The notes below the pieces were generated by a model. It ran no database searches. It worked only from the letters and a program-made list of their open reading frames with translations, and was not told where the DNA came from. A stretch of 64,000 nt of DNA, taken from assembly GCF_000143415.4 (NCBI RefSeq), contig NW_003314279.1, positions 2,242,541 to 2,306,540 on the forward strand. Reading direction: 5' to 3'. The number at the start of each line of letters is the position of its first letter. Within the stretch, counting starts at the first letter, position 1. This DNA is from Selaginella moellendorffii (taxonomy: Eukaryota > Plantae > Lycopodiophyta). Shown one piece after another: positions 12,866-24,570 of the stretch. The position numbers and the translations under genes are program-made.

Positions 12866-13159
12866 GCGTGACTAGTCACCCATACAAAATATATACAATT
12901 GCAGCAAGGCAAAAGGAATATGGCAATAGGCTAGCAGGGGCCAAAGATGGCATGAGGCCTCATGCCATCTTGATATACACACAGCTGCAGGCAAGTAAAA
13001 ACATACATGACAATACGCTAGCCATGAAATTGCAAGGGCCCAAGATGGCATGTGGCCTCATGCCATTTCTAAATGTGGTCCTAAGCCATTCCATGGTGAA
13101 CATACCAGGAAGCACAAGTGCCGAATATCAAGAGGAAGCGGTAGCCACACCAAAGATAG

Positions 13160-13345
13160 TGCCGCTCACAACACCGCAACTACTCATAGCGCCGCTCGCA
13201 ACACCGCAACTGCTCGTAGCGCCGCTCGCACAAACTGCCACTCGCATAAACTGCCGCTCGCAATGGCGCTCGCAATGCCGCAACCGCTTGTAGACGCATA
13301 AACCACAGCTCACAATGCCGCTTACACAAGCAGCGCTCACTGTGC
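13160..13345 (+). repeat. Degenerate ~30-bp CpG-rich tandem repeat (GCCGCTCGCAACACCGCAACTGCTCGTAGC)
   Basis: Directly visible periodic repeat. Confidence 0.7.
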
Positions 13346-14089
13346 TCAGCAGAACCAAGAACACGGCGCACAAAAATGATAGACCTAGGAATGAGTTCGA
13401 GAATTCAAAAATAACACACGCTTGAACGTCACATCAAATCCTCTGACAAACCAGATCTTATGATTCCTCTGACAAATTTTAAACTTAGTAGCTTCTAGAC
13501 TTTGCTGTCGGAGGTTGAACTTTGTCACATCATGTCCTTGCCTCGATCCAGCTGTGCCATGTCAGTGATTCGAACTTTGCCATGCCGTGTCAGCGATTTG
13601 CGCTAAGATTATTCACCGTGTAAAGGAATAATTATGCTGTGTGTGTACGTCCATTTATGGCAATATAAGGCCACACGCCATTCAAAGAATAATGCTAGTC
13701 GAGCATTTTTTGGTGCATTTTTGGGTTCAAAATTGCATGAGCCCACACGCTATAAAGTTTACCTGTACCAAAAATAGAAACAGCTTTATTTACTTGGGAA
13801 TTTAAGTGGTTGAGGCATTTTTAAACTTACAAACACATGCCCTACTTACATTCCTTTGGTTGCTTAAAATTCAAAAATATTATAAACCTTTCTTTTTGCA
13901 TTTTCAATGTTTTCAATTATGGTTTTTGATTTTCACAGGACCAGCCTAGTAATCTATTTGCATCCCGTCATGTTTATAGCTAGCTTTCGTTTGTCCCCTT
14001 CGCTAGCCTGAGATACATCTGCTCGGCATCTGCCTCTTACAGCATTTGCCCAGAAAGGGCATCTTTCTTCACGCAGCATTTGCCACATG

Positions 14090-14114
14090 TTTAGGGTTAG
14101 GGTTTAGGGTTTAG
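14090..14114 (+). repeat. Interstitial telomere-like (telobox) repeats
   Basis: TTTAGGGTTAGGGTTTAGGGTTTAG. Confidence 0.8.
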
Positions 14115-15019
14115 CAATTCAGTAGCTTGATAAACATGCAAATACAGAACTTGATGCAAAATCCTTTGATATGTCACAATGCCCCTAGGACCATAAACAC
14201 ATTTCAATAGAGAGGGTCCTTTCATTTCATAACTCCTTACGTAGATCTTGGTGAAACCAGAGTTAGTGAAGTTGGTTTCTTGTGATCCCGCATCTGATTG
14301 TGATGTCCCTTTGTAGTGTCGATGGAAAGGTCAATGCACACCAAGCTGTAAAATCTTGGAGCAAAATCACGGTCGGATCTATGGCAAATGCCCCTGAAAC
14401 ATTGTAAGGCTCGTGTGGTCTCATGTGGTGTCTGATTGAGATGCTTCTTTGCAGGGTCATCAAGAAAGACATTGTATACCATTCTGTAAAATCTAGTTGC
14501 GATCTAACGGTTGGATCTCCAGAAAACTCAAAACAATCTTACGCGTGTTAGAATATTCTAGGAATATACTCCTATGTGCCCCTGAAAATGGCATGCGGCC
14601 CCACGCCATTCAAGAGATAATGCCAGATGATGCCGAGCATTTTTTGGTGCATTTTTTGGGATCAAAATTGCATGAGCCCACACGCTTGAACGTCACATCA
14701 AATCCTTTGACAATTTATTTAGCTGAACATCTGGCATTTTTGGAAATACAAGATGCTTTGGAATATCCAATCATGCATGGTATAAATATAGCGAGGGTAT
14801 TAAATGATATCCTAATCATGATCTTTTTTTTGGATTTCGCGTGCATGCAATCCGAGGAATGATGACGTTGCGGATTTCTTTTGGATTTCACATGCATGCA
14901 TGCGCGCAGCGATCCAGAAATTAATGGTGGCGCCCAAGTCCGAGGAATGATGACGTGGTGGGATTACCAACCATCGTGACATTTCGCACGTGTGAGGTTA
15001 GGTTTTGCATTTTGCTTCG

Positions 15020-15182
15020 TACTCGCGCTCGCACACTCGCGCTTGCATCGCGCTCCCACTCGCGATCACGCTCACATTCGCGCTCATCTACCTTCTCTAC
15101 AGGTTTCTCGTGTGCATCGGCGTCCACTCGCGCTTGCATCACACTCGCGCTTGCATCGCGCTCGTGTGCATCGGCGTCCACT
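15020..15182 (+). repeat. CpG-rich short-unit repeat (CACTCGCGCTTGCATC variants) upstream of cargo gene A
   Basis: Multiple CTCGCGCT/TGCATCG units. Confidence 0.7.
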
Positions 15183-15656
15183 TCAAGACACACCCAGTTT
15201 GTAACTTTGCCGCCAACTCCGCCGCCCACTCCGCCACCCACACGCAGCCCACTTGGCGTCCCGGGAGATTTCAGCGCCACTCTCCAATTGTAAGTGGCAG
15301 AGTAGCCTTGCTGCTACGATCTGCTGCACACACAGTGCACATTCGCCTGCGAGTCCGGCCTCGATTGTCACACCTCCATTCGGCTTCAAATGGTAAGTCT
15401 TTTAGGCCAAGTAGAAAATGGCATGAGGCCACATGCCATTCAGTAGCAACATTGGCATGCACCGATTGGGCTCTCGAGTGCAGTCCGGTTACAGATGGCG
15501 TGTAGGCTCACGCCATCTTAGGATGCAGCCTCAAGACATCTGATGTAGTGGTGAATGGCGTGTGGCCTCACGTTATTTCCAGCTGCTAGCTTTTCATTTG
15601 TCAGCTCTAATTGTTGTGCATTTCTGAATAGGCGAGGAATTGTGTTCTTCTTCCAG

Positions 15657-18600
15657 CCACTGTCAATGTGGATGCAGAGAAGGGGGAGGAGCTCACCAGT
15701 TGGACTTTCGGGATGGAAGGCGAGGATCTGAGGCTGTACAACACAGATGGTGGTAGAAAAGAATCCATGGGGATCCTCATCCAAGTGATAGACACTCCAT
15801 GCAGTTCCATGCAAGAATATGGACTGGCACTTGTGGTAGAGACAGCGTCCGCCTTCAAGATCCACCTTGCACATCCTAGCGGCTTCCCGGAGGGGGGCAG
15901 CGGCTATGAGGAATTCCTAGAGGGAGCTAGGGAGAGGTTGTTTAGGAGGCCCACAATTTCAAAGATGCTGCGGGTCTATGAAGATCACATGGAATCCACG
16001 GACCTCACCTACGGCGATGTTCAAAAACTATATTCCAACATTGAGCCATTGAGAGTGCCTCCAGTTCGCGAAGCGAAGGGGAAGGGGGTCGATCTGGAAA
16101 CTACCCCGAAGCAGAAAAGGGTGGTCAAGCTCAAGCCGACGTCTGACTCTCCTCCAAAAAAGAAGCTACTCGGTGATGCCATTGCCTCGGGTTCGAACAC
16201 TACACCCACCAAAAAGAAGAGCCGCAAAGAGCAGAAAGAGCAAGAAGAGGCAGCAAAAATCGTCGCAGATAATAGTACTTATTACTATTCCAACAAAGTA
16301 TATACAATCGACGTGAGCCGTATCGACATCCAAAGCAAATACAACCACAGGCTAGTATCTGATGAGTGGGTGGAGAAACTGAAGCAGAAGATGCTGGCAA
16401 GTCCAGTAACACCCGACATCGCAGACGTGATCCCCTACTACCGAACAATGAAGGGCGAGACGAGGTTTCCAGACTTGATCAATAGGAAGGTGTTGGATGA
16501 TCAGAACATCCGATTCTATGCCGTTTCCGGGCAGCATTCTAGCTTGGCGATGCAAAAGATAGTTGTGGATATTATGGTGGGCGAGAAGGTGAAGAAAGTC
16601 TTCAAGACAAGAGTTGTCCGCCTGATAAAAGGCAACTCGCCCCTCCGATCTATCATATACATCTCCCACGCGCAGAATGTCAAGCAAGAAACGTGCTACA
16701 AATCGGGTCTGCACGAGACATTGGCACGAACACGGAAGCTCTGGGTTCAACTGAAGAAGCCACAAAAACCAGGACAAGGACGTGCACTAGCAACTAGCGC
16801 CTGGCAAGTAAGCCTCGTTGCATGTGGCATAGCATGTGGCCTCACGCCATTTCCATTGCAGGAATTCTCGAGTCTTCTCTCGAAAACACTGGGGGTCAAT
16901 GACACACTCAGCATCCATAACATTCTAGTCGCGACAAAAGTTGTTTTTGACAAATGGGTAGATGTGCTGAGGAGGTACCATGACGGGGAGTTACTAAACT
17001 CAATGGGTGTGGAGGACGGCCAGAAGCCCAATGATTTGAATCTCAACGCCTTGCGTTTCTCACGGTCTCTAGACGACGACGACCTTCTGACAGTGGCTAA
17101 TGCTCTTCTACGTGGTGAGGTAGTCTTCAACAAGACCAAAATGACTCCCGGCCATATTGTGACATACGAGGACTTGTGCACAACTCTGAGAGCTCGTGCA
17201 CTATTGAAGGATTGGATCTTTGAGCAAGTGGCCGTGGAGAGGGTGAGCATCGACACCATGCAAGAGATGATGGAAGCGCTGGATTTGTCAAATGAAGACA
17301 TCGACGAGTACGTGAAGGGGGCCCCCAAGTTCATCGATCTGCTGCGGGATGCCACGAAAAGTAAAGCTGAGAAGTTGGATCAGTATCCAAATTTCATTAA
17401 GAGTGATGTTGACCGCCGGCTTCAGAAACAGCTCGACCCCGCAGCAGAGGCCTATCGAGAACCTTACCGGGTATACTTGAATTCGGATGAGGATCAAAGG
17501 TGGAGGAGCATCGTTTCCCGCGGAGATGAGCAGGTCAAGAACATCTTTTGTGTGATGGACTTCACAAACGAGGAGATCACTCATGCAGACGAAGTCAGCT
17601 CCATCATTGACTTAATGGTGGGACTTGCGGAGGTGGAATCTTTAGTCCACTATATGATCTATGACTCTGAATCCTATCATAAGTTCTGGAAGGCCTTGAA
17701 TGAGGTGAAGGCTCGGTTGAAAGGCAAGGAGATGCGGGAGATCCATGGGATAATGGCTAAGAAGAAGATACCGACGAATGTCTGCATCTTCACACTCGCC
17801 CTTGTTATTGGTCCTGCAGCAGAGTGGGACTGGAGTGACTTCCCAACTTCGTTCGACAAGGCCGATCGAATTGATCTGAGGGAGGTCAATTTACCCGTGC
17901 CTGAGGAACTGAAGACGGCTATGGAGCTTTCGAATCCAAAGAAAGCTCCAGGTGCAGAATGGGAAATGCTCAGCTGGGTCTTCAACGCAATAGCGGGTGG
18001 GTCACCTGCTTCCGACTCCAAGGGCAAATGCGTTGCCGAGTACAACTGCGGTAGACTATTCTTTCGAGCCGCACTACTCAAGGGTGTCCCGTGTGTTGTG
18101 GTGACAAACTCCATTGAAGAGGTGACTTCAATGGAGCATATAATTACAGTTGCCAAAGAAAAACAGTATCTTCTCTACGAACCTGGTGAGTACGCACTTT
18201 AAGTTTAAATGTTATCTCACAAGCTCTGTATGCAGGAGCGTGGCCACCCCCAGATGCTGAAATGGCGTTAACAGCTACTGTTGAAGATACCCATGTTGGG
18301 CCAAGCTCACAACCTGCACAAGGTAAGGTCATGTGAGGCCTCACGCCATTTCAGACACGAGGACTGAAAAGCGCACTAGTGGCGCGTCGAAGAAGGACAA
18401 ACAGACAAGCAATAGGAAAAAAGGAGGTACAAATTATATTTGCAATGGCGTGTGGTCTCATGCCATTCCTTGCAGGAGACACTTCTTCAAAGGCAAAATA
18501 GGCAAGCACCAGCCAAGCTCAAACTGACAGTGGTCATAAAAAGCGAAAGCACGTTGGACAGTCGTCGGGATCAGAGGCGTTTGATTCGAAAAGGAAGAAG

Positions 18601-20987
18601 GGCAACGAAAAGATGATAGGTAATGCCTCGCAGTTATGGCGTGTGTGCTCATGCGATTCATTGCAGATCAAGGGCTGAGTGAAAGCAGGTAGTCACCACC
18701 TCCTGACTCAGATTCCTATGGCGGACTCCCCTTCCCCAATCTCAATGGAGAGGTACAATGGATGAGGGATGCTTTTCAAGTCAGGGCCACGTTTTTCTCA
18801 TCTCGTCGTCTTCAAAGGGTGCAAGAACGTGCAGAAACCATGTTAAGACAGTCGGGTGAGGATACGGTCCTAGGTCACGCACTAAAACAGGCTATGGATG
18901 TCTTGTATTTTGAGATGGAGACTCGGCCAGATGATTTTCCCAAGATGGTCCTGGAAGAACAAGCCATCCAACCTGAGCAGCCTATGGAAGAAATGTAGGA
19001 GGGGGATGAGGAGCCAGAGAAAGATAATGAGCAGGAAGAGCAGAAGGACGAAGAGGAGGACAAAGAAGAGGAGGACGAAGAAGAGGAGGACGAAGAGGAC
19101 TTGGATGGTCCTCACAATGGTGATGATCATAATAACGATGACGACGATGATGACGACAATGGCCAGCCTGAGGTGGCCAAAGAGCAGCTGAGGAAGGTCA
19201 TACAAGACAAACCATCAGGTAAATAATAGTACATCCATTCCTAACCTTTTACCATTTCTAACATTGTCCATGTAGGTCGCAGAGCAAATGGTAAGTAGAG
19301 ATTATTCAGTTGAATTTACAAACTCTAGCCTTTAGTGTCGAGGAAGGATAGTGCCAAGCAAGGGTCGAAACGTATGTCCAATCCTTCAGAATCAGCAGTG
19401 CGCCCAAGTGATATCGGTCCTAGTTCCTCAATAGCAGTTGATGGTAAATACAGTATAGTCGATTCAATGTGCTAATGAGTTTGTTTTTAGTAGCACGGGA
19501 GGATACCATCTCAATCGAAGGGAGATATTTGGACATGCATATGGATCCGCCAGTGGACTCTACTTGCCTGCAAGAGTCATCAGAGCTGGTGGAGGCTACT
19601 ATCCATATCAACGCCAAGCAAGCTGACCACGCTCCACTTGATGCTGCCCATACCACTGAGTCAATTTTGTCCATGTATCCAACTGACGGTGACCAGGCGC
19701 CATTAGACCCGCATGAGGCCGCCCCAGCCGCCGAGCCGGTCGTATCCTCATTTCCAACGGACTCAACGTGTGCCCAATCGTCTGACTACGCGCCGTTGGA
19801 ACCTCCCTACACCGCCCCTGCTGCCTGTTCGGTCATGTGTCCACTTTGCTAACGGAGGCACCAGCTGAAATGGCATGTGATCACACGCCATCGGAACCAC
19901 CCCATGCCACTGTTGAGCCAGTTGTACCAGAGTCTACAGCTGAAATGGCATGTGCCCACACGCCATCGGATGCGATTGACCCCACATTGCAGAGGAGAGT
20001 ATTTCCGCCCTTCACGTTTCCTCGACCAAAACCCTCTCAACGACCATCGGGAGCACCATTCGCTAATATTGTAGATGGTAAAATTGACTTGTACCATTTT
20101 TTATGCTGACGCATTTCATTTCAGAGTCACGGTGAAGGTACTGTATCGTTTTTGATCTGAACGGTGTCCTTTTCTCCCATGAGCGTGGCTCATCCTCGAA
20201 TGTCACTGCACCCTCCAAAGCCTGCAGTCGCAAGTTGGTCAAAAGAGACAGATTCACATTAATCACACGGGAGAAACTGCGGGATCTAATAATGACCATG
20301 CGACACTTAAAACAGAGGGCCGGGTTCAATTTGCAATTGGGAGTTTGGACATCCATGATGCGCCACAATGCATTAACGTTGCTACAGATGATGCATGATC
20401 AGACGCGAGTAATATTACCATTTGACTTTCTCCTAACGCAGAAGGATTGCTTGACTATGGTCCATGTGAGGGGTAGCAAGCCCATCTTCGTCAAGCCAGA
20501 GGTTGTAGTGATGAACCGGACTGCTAGGTCAAGTGAAATCCTCATCATCGATGACTCGCCGATTAAAATTGCAGCGAACACGCACACATATGCAGTGCAC
20601 CCCATCTCTTGCAGTATGGAAACTAGGGAGAAGAAACCGTATGTTCTGGGGGACCTTGCAAAACGGCTTGGAGCGATGGTGATAGAGAACCGGCCAGTCC
20701 AGGAGGTGGCTGCAGAAATCAACCAAATGGCAGATGGAACAGTATATCAGAAGCCATTTGATCGGACAGACACTAGTCATCATTTATGGCATGTATATTG
20801 TCTAGCCAAGCACTATCTGCATCTCCATAATCTGCTCAACCGGATGGGTTCTTCGACCACTGAACATGAGCGTGGACGTATTAGAGAAGAGATGGCATTA
20901 CTATTGGGTTTAAATCCTGATAGTGTGGAGAGTGATGAAATTCCAAGATTATTGTATAGGCGTTGGAGGCAAAAAATAACAGTCTGA
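15657..20987 (+). pseudogene. Cargo gene A: multi-exon ParB/Srx-like + degenerate amino-MTase-like + acidic low-complexity + FCP1/HAD phosphatase-like fusion
   Basis: 844-aa ORF with a ParB-like region (TIDVSRI...HRLVSDEWVEKLKQKM...FYAVSGQHS...IIYISHAQN) and an MTase-like C-terminus (FCVMDFTN...KCVAEYNCGRLFFRAALLKGVPCVVV). Phase-1 GT-AG introns (18186-18235, 18323-18354, 18427-18475, 18620-18666, ...-20124) keep the frame into YCIVFDLNGVL...LGVWTSM...ILIIDDSPIKIAAN. Several TAG/TGA stops look like CAG/CGA deaminations, and there is one frameshift near 19840. The true start is probably in an upstream exon. Confidence 0.7.
20125..20987 (+). CDS. FCP1/NIF-like HAD phosphatase exon (DLNG variant); last exon of cargo gene A
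   Basis: VFDLNGVL at 20148-20171 is in frame with ORF 20235-20987, which carries the VWTS and IIDDSPxK...N motifs. Confidence 0.8.
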
Positions 20988-21434
20988 GATGGCATGTATT
21001 TATTTAAAAATGTAAATTATTATGGCATGGGGTTCCATGCCATTGTATTAATATTAAAAGACAATTCTTTGAGAGGATTTGCATTATACTAGAAGTGTTA
21101 CAGCATGTTATTGGAAGTCTACGAAGTTGTTTTATTAATAAGGGGAAAGTAAAGATTGAATGGGGACTTGGGCTCCACCTAGACTCGGAGCAACTAAGCC
21201 AATATTAAAAGGATGAAAAGAAATTGGACGACGATGACAAGGAGAAGAGAGAGGTGAAGCAGTGGCAGGGGGAGGAGAAGTGATTGAGTAGACATTTCCT
21301 TGTTTAAAATAAAATGGCATGTGCCTCAATGCAGTTGAATTTTGTTATATTTATATACTATATAAAGGTTTGGAAACCTTATTTTACAAGTGGGATAATG
21401 ACAATTCCCACTTTAACGAAATAAAGCTTAAAAG

Positions 21435-23308
21435 GAGTCCAAGTTAGACCTAAGATAGAATCCAAGATAGAGTCCAAATTAGACCCAAGATGGAGTCTGA
21501 GATGGAGTCTGAGAAAGAGTCCAAGATAGAGTCCAAGAAGGAGTTTGAGAAGGAGTTTAAGATGAAATTCGAGATGGAATCCAAAATGAAGCCCGAGATC
21601 AAGTTCGAGATAGAAATGAAGACCGGTCCAAAATTGAGACTGAGAATAAAACCAAGACTAAGACCAAGTCCAAAACCAAGTCCAAGTCCAAGTTCGAGTT
21701 TGAGTCCGAGGTGAAAGCCCAAAGCGATTGTCTCCCAAACCTTGGGGGGTTTGGTGAGCTCCAAAAGTATAGTAAGAGGAGGACTCTAGTGAAGTTAATT
21801 TAGCCAGGAAAGGCTAGTGTGACCAAAGAAGGTTATATCCACGTGATGGGTGATGATAAAACCATTGAGGAGTCCAAGACTAAAGTGAATACGAATGGAT
21901 AAATGGGGTAATTTTGTGAAGTGTTCAAAAGCTGATTCTAGCTCCCTAAGGAGATCGAATGGATGGTGCTCCCAATCCAAGTGTGGGTGGCACTACTTAC
22001 TTGGATACCTAGCGTGGCTCATTAGAACCTCACTCTAGCCACATGGCTAAGGCACCTAAGGGCAGAAAGTGGGGAGAGTACTCATGAGGCTCATATAAAT
22101 TTATGGTGTTTCGAAATGTTATCTCAAAGCCCTAAACTGTGGAAAGGAGGAAGAGCAATCCTCTTGCATAGTGACCAAAGGCATGGTCACATGGTGAAGA
22201 AGTCTTAAAGGTCAGTAGGACTTAGTGGTCAGGCCTTCAAGCCCTGACACAATAGTAATGTTGGTGAGCATGGTCGTGGATGAAAAGGAACTTAGTGGGG
22301 ACCAAAGAAGGGATATTAAGGAAATGTAGCACACTTTATTTCTCTCCTTTTAAGCCAATTGGAAAAAGGGCAATTGCTTGACGAGAGAGCCTTTAGTGGC
22401 TATTTTATCCCCATTTATCCCCTAAGGTTCCAAGGATCCACGGTGACAGTATATCCAAATTTCATCCTATGATCACATGTGCTACACTCACCCCGCCTTT
22501 AGAGATGTCAATGTCCTCAAAATTTAAATTCATTTTGTACATTTTCTTCTTATTACTCTATAAGGGGAACTAACACCTCCATTTCCGCACTAAATCTATT
22601 AATCCTTCCATTGTGTAGACCAGTTATTCCATGTGAGGTAACTAGTCATCTATCCGTATTACAGTCCCACGGTGGATACCTTCATCTGTGGATACTCCAC
22701 ACAAGAGGAAGGACGTACACATGGATGCCTAAATATGTACGATTTCAAATTTAAGGGTAGGAATATAACACACCTTATCTCTTTCCCCTTAAGCCAACTA
22801 GAAAATGGGCAATTGCTTAATAAGAGAGCCCTTAGTGGCTATTTTATCCCTATTTATCCCCCAAGGTTCCAAAGATCTACGGTGATAGTATATTCAAATC
22901 TCATCCCAGATCACATGCGTTACATGAAGGGTGTTTCCCATGTTTTTGGGCATTTTAAGGATGCTAAAGGGTGGTCTTGGGATGATTACTCATGGATGAA
23001 GAGCCTAGTTTTTAAGAGACAGGACTATGGTATAGGTGTTCTTAAACTACCAATGAAAAGGGTAAATGGACATAGCCTTAGCATAACGGGTTGATAGATT
23101 AGTAATACCTTTAGGGTGTTTGTCATGGGATCAAACACGTGGAACACTTGGACTAAGTGCAAAGGCTAAATGGCATATATGCCATTCACAAGGCTATCAT
23201 ATCCTTAAGTCTGGAATAGAACTTATGAAGGTTGTGTGTGAAACTCCTTCAAGTGGTCAAAGGTGTGGTTAAATGATTAAAATAAAATAGAAAATTTAGT
23301 CATTTACA
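21435..23308 (+). mobile_element. Degenerate LTR of a second family (same as solo LTR 42890-44646), 5'-truncated, with a TRIM inserted
   Basis: Collinear with the reverse complement of 42890-44400. Ends ...CATTTACA. Confidence 0.8.
22325..22924. mobile_element. TRIM-like element (~600 bp) with ~160-bp terminal direct repeats
   Basis: 22325-22486 (TG...CA) is repeated at 22764-22924. It interrupts the LTR at a GGAAG site (degenerate TSD). A related fragment lies near 25730-25990. Confidence 0.7.
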
Positions 23309-23309
23309 A

Positions 23310-24570
23310 CTTGGAATTGAATCTACTCTTTAGTCTGACTCTTATTGGTGGTCAAATATATCATCACTTGTATTAGCATCAGAAGGTCCCAAGAGTGGGT
23401 CTGTCTTCAAGGAGTAGCATGTTGAGAGGGCATGACTCTCCACTTTAATTCATATGTGATGTTAGCAATGTGGTGGATAGAAAGGGGCAAATAAGGGAAT
23501 GACTTTGGGATCTTGGGAATAGTAAAAGATTTTCTTTAGAGAGTTGAGGATATGATCTATATAAACATTTGACTTAGCAAATGAGCTAATGTGATTGTGG
23601 TAAACAACTATAATTGGAATCATAAGAATGATGAAAACTCCTAGATGATAAAGGAGTCATAAGATTATTTTTATATAATTGAGGATGGTGCTTAAGAATT
23701 TAAAACTGGAGTTAGTGACTGTAGAAGGTCAAATACCAATGAGGATATATGTCTTTGAAATGGTAGTTGGGGCTACTTTTAATAAAGGCCAGAATAACCC
23801 AAGGAATTGGGGGGTGTATTTAAAAAATGAATTAGTGTTCTCATCATATGGGAAAATAGTTCTAAGGGGTGAAAGTCTTGTATTCATATCCTATTCATAA
23901 GGACCATCTTCGCAAGTGTTACTCTAACACTTTCTTATCCTTTGTTCTATATAGGCTAAATTGTATTCAAGTGTAGTGGCACTTTAAAAGTCGTCAGGAG
24001 GTTAAGACTTTATAGGATGTTGGATTAATAAAATCTAAAAGCTAGATGACTCAGTAAAGTCAAAGGATGGTCCTAAAGGCTTAGAAGAATTCCATTTAGA
24101 TGGAAGTGTGTTATACCCTACAACGGATTGAGAGGATCATGAGATCCAAATATGAGAATAATGGGTATCTCATTGATGGCAAAATATATTTTACTAAAGT
24201 TGTGGAAAGATGTTTATGGAAGAAAACAACTTTAGTGAAGAGTTGTATGTTAACACTGTGTTGCAATGTTAATCGATAGTTGGCATGAGAAATGACTACT
24301 ATTGTTTTGGCAAAGATTTAGATACAAGTGGGAAGTATTGTAAGGGTAGACTTATAGAGCCAATGGTGTAGAGACATAATATGTTCCAAGGTGTGATGCC
24401 TTGAGGTCAAATTGGTTGGTTCATGAGAACCCCTTACCAAGGGAATTCCAATGGAAATGGAATTGGCATAGCTTAAGCTTGAAGGCATGCAATTTGAGTG
24501 GATAGACCTAAATAATGATGGAAATGTGAAAGCAATAACAATGAGTTGTAAGATTTGACAACTATGAGGC
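23310..24570 (+). mobile_element. Highly decayed internal region of an LTR element; homologous segments at ~32440-33524, 34909-35718, 36316-36470 and 52240-53680
   Basis: Collinear similarity among these segments. Degenerate PBS at ~32446 and a PPT-type end (TGAGTGGTGGAGTTG) at ~53664-53678. No intact ORF. Confidence 0.6.

Larger units (their letters stand above)
10327..21430. mobile_element. Element A: large cargo-carrying DNA transposon (DUF7869/Sola1-like); left end deleted, right end approximate
   Basis: Transposase on the minus strand and a divergent cargo gene on the plus strand. One 22-bp palindrome recurs from 10755 to ~21335 and was not seen elsewhere in the window, which defines the unit. 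Confidence 0.7.

Noticed and set aside
14090-14114. True telomere or chromosome fusion site
   Set aside because: Only 3-4 units, in one orientation, internal to a transposon.
12868-15505. Numerous 60-166 aa ORFs between the transposase and cargo gene A
   Set aside because: They derive from GC-rich tandem repeats and have no recognisable domains, although a 5' exon of cargo A may lie here.
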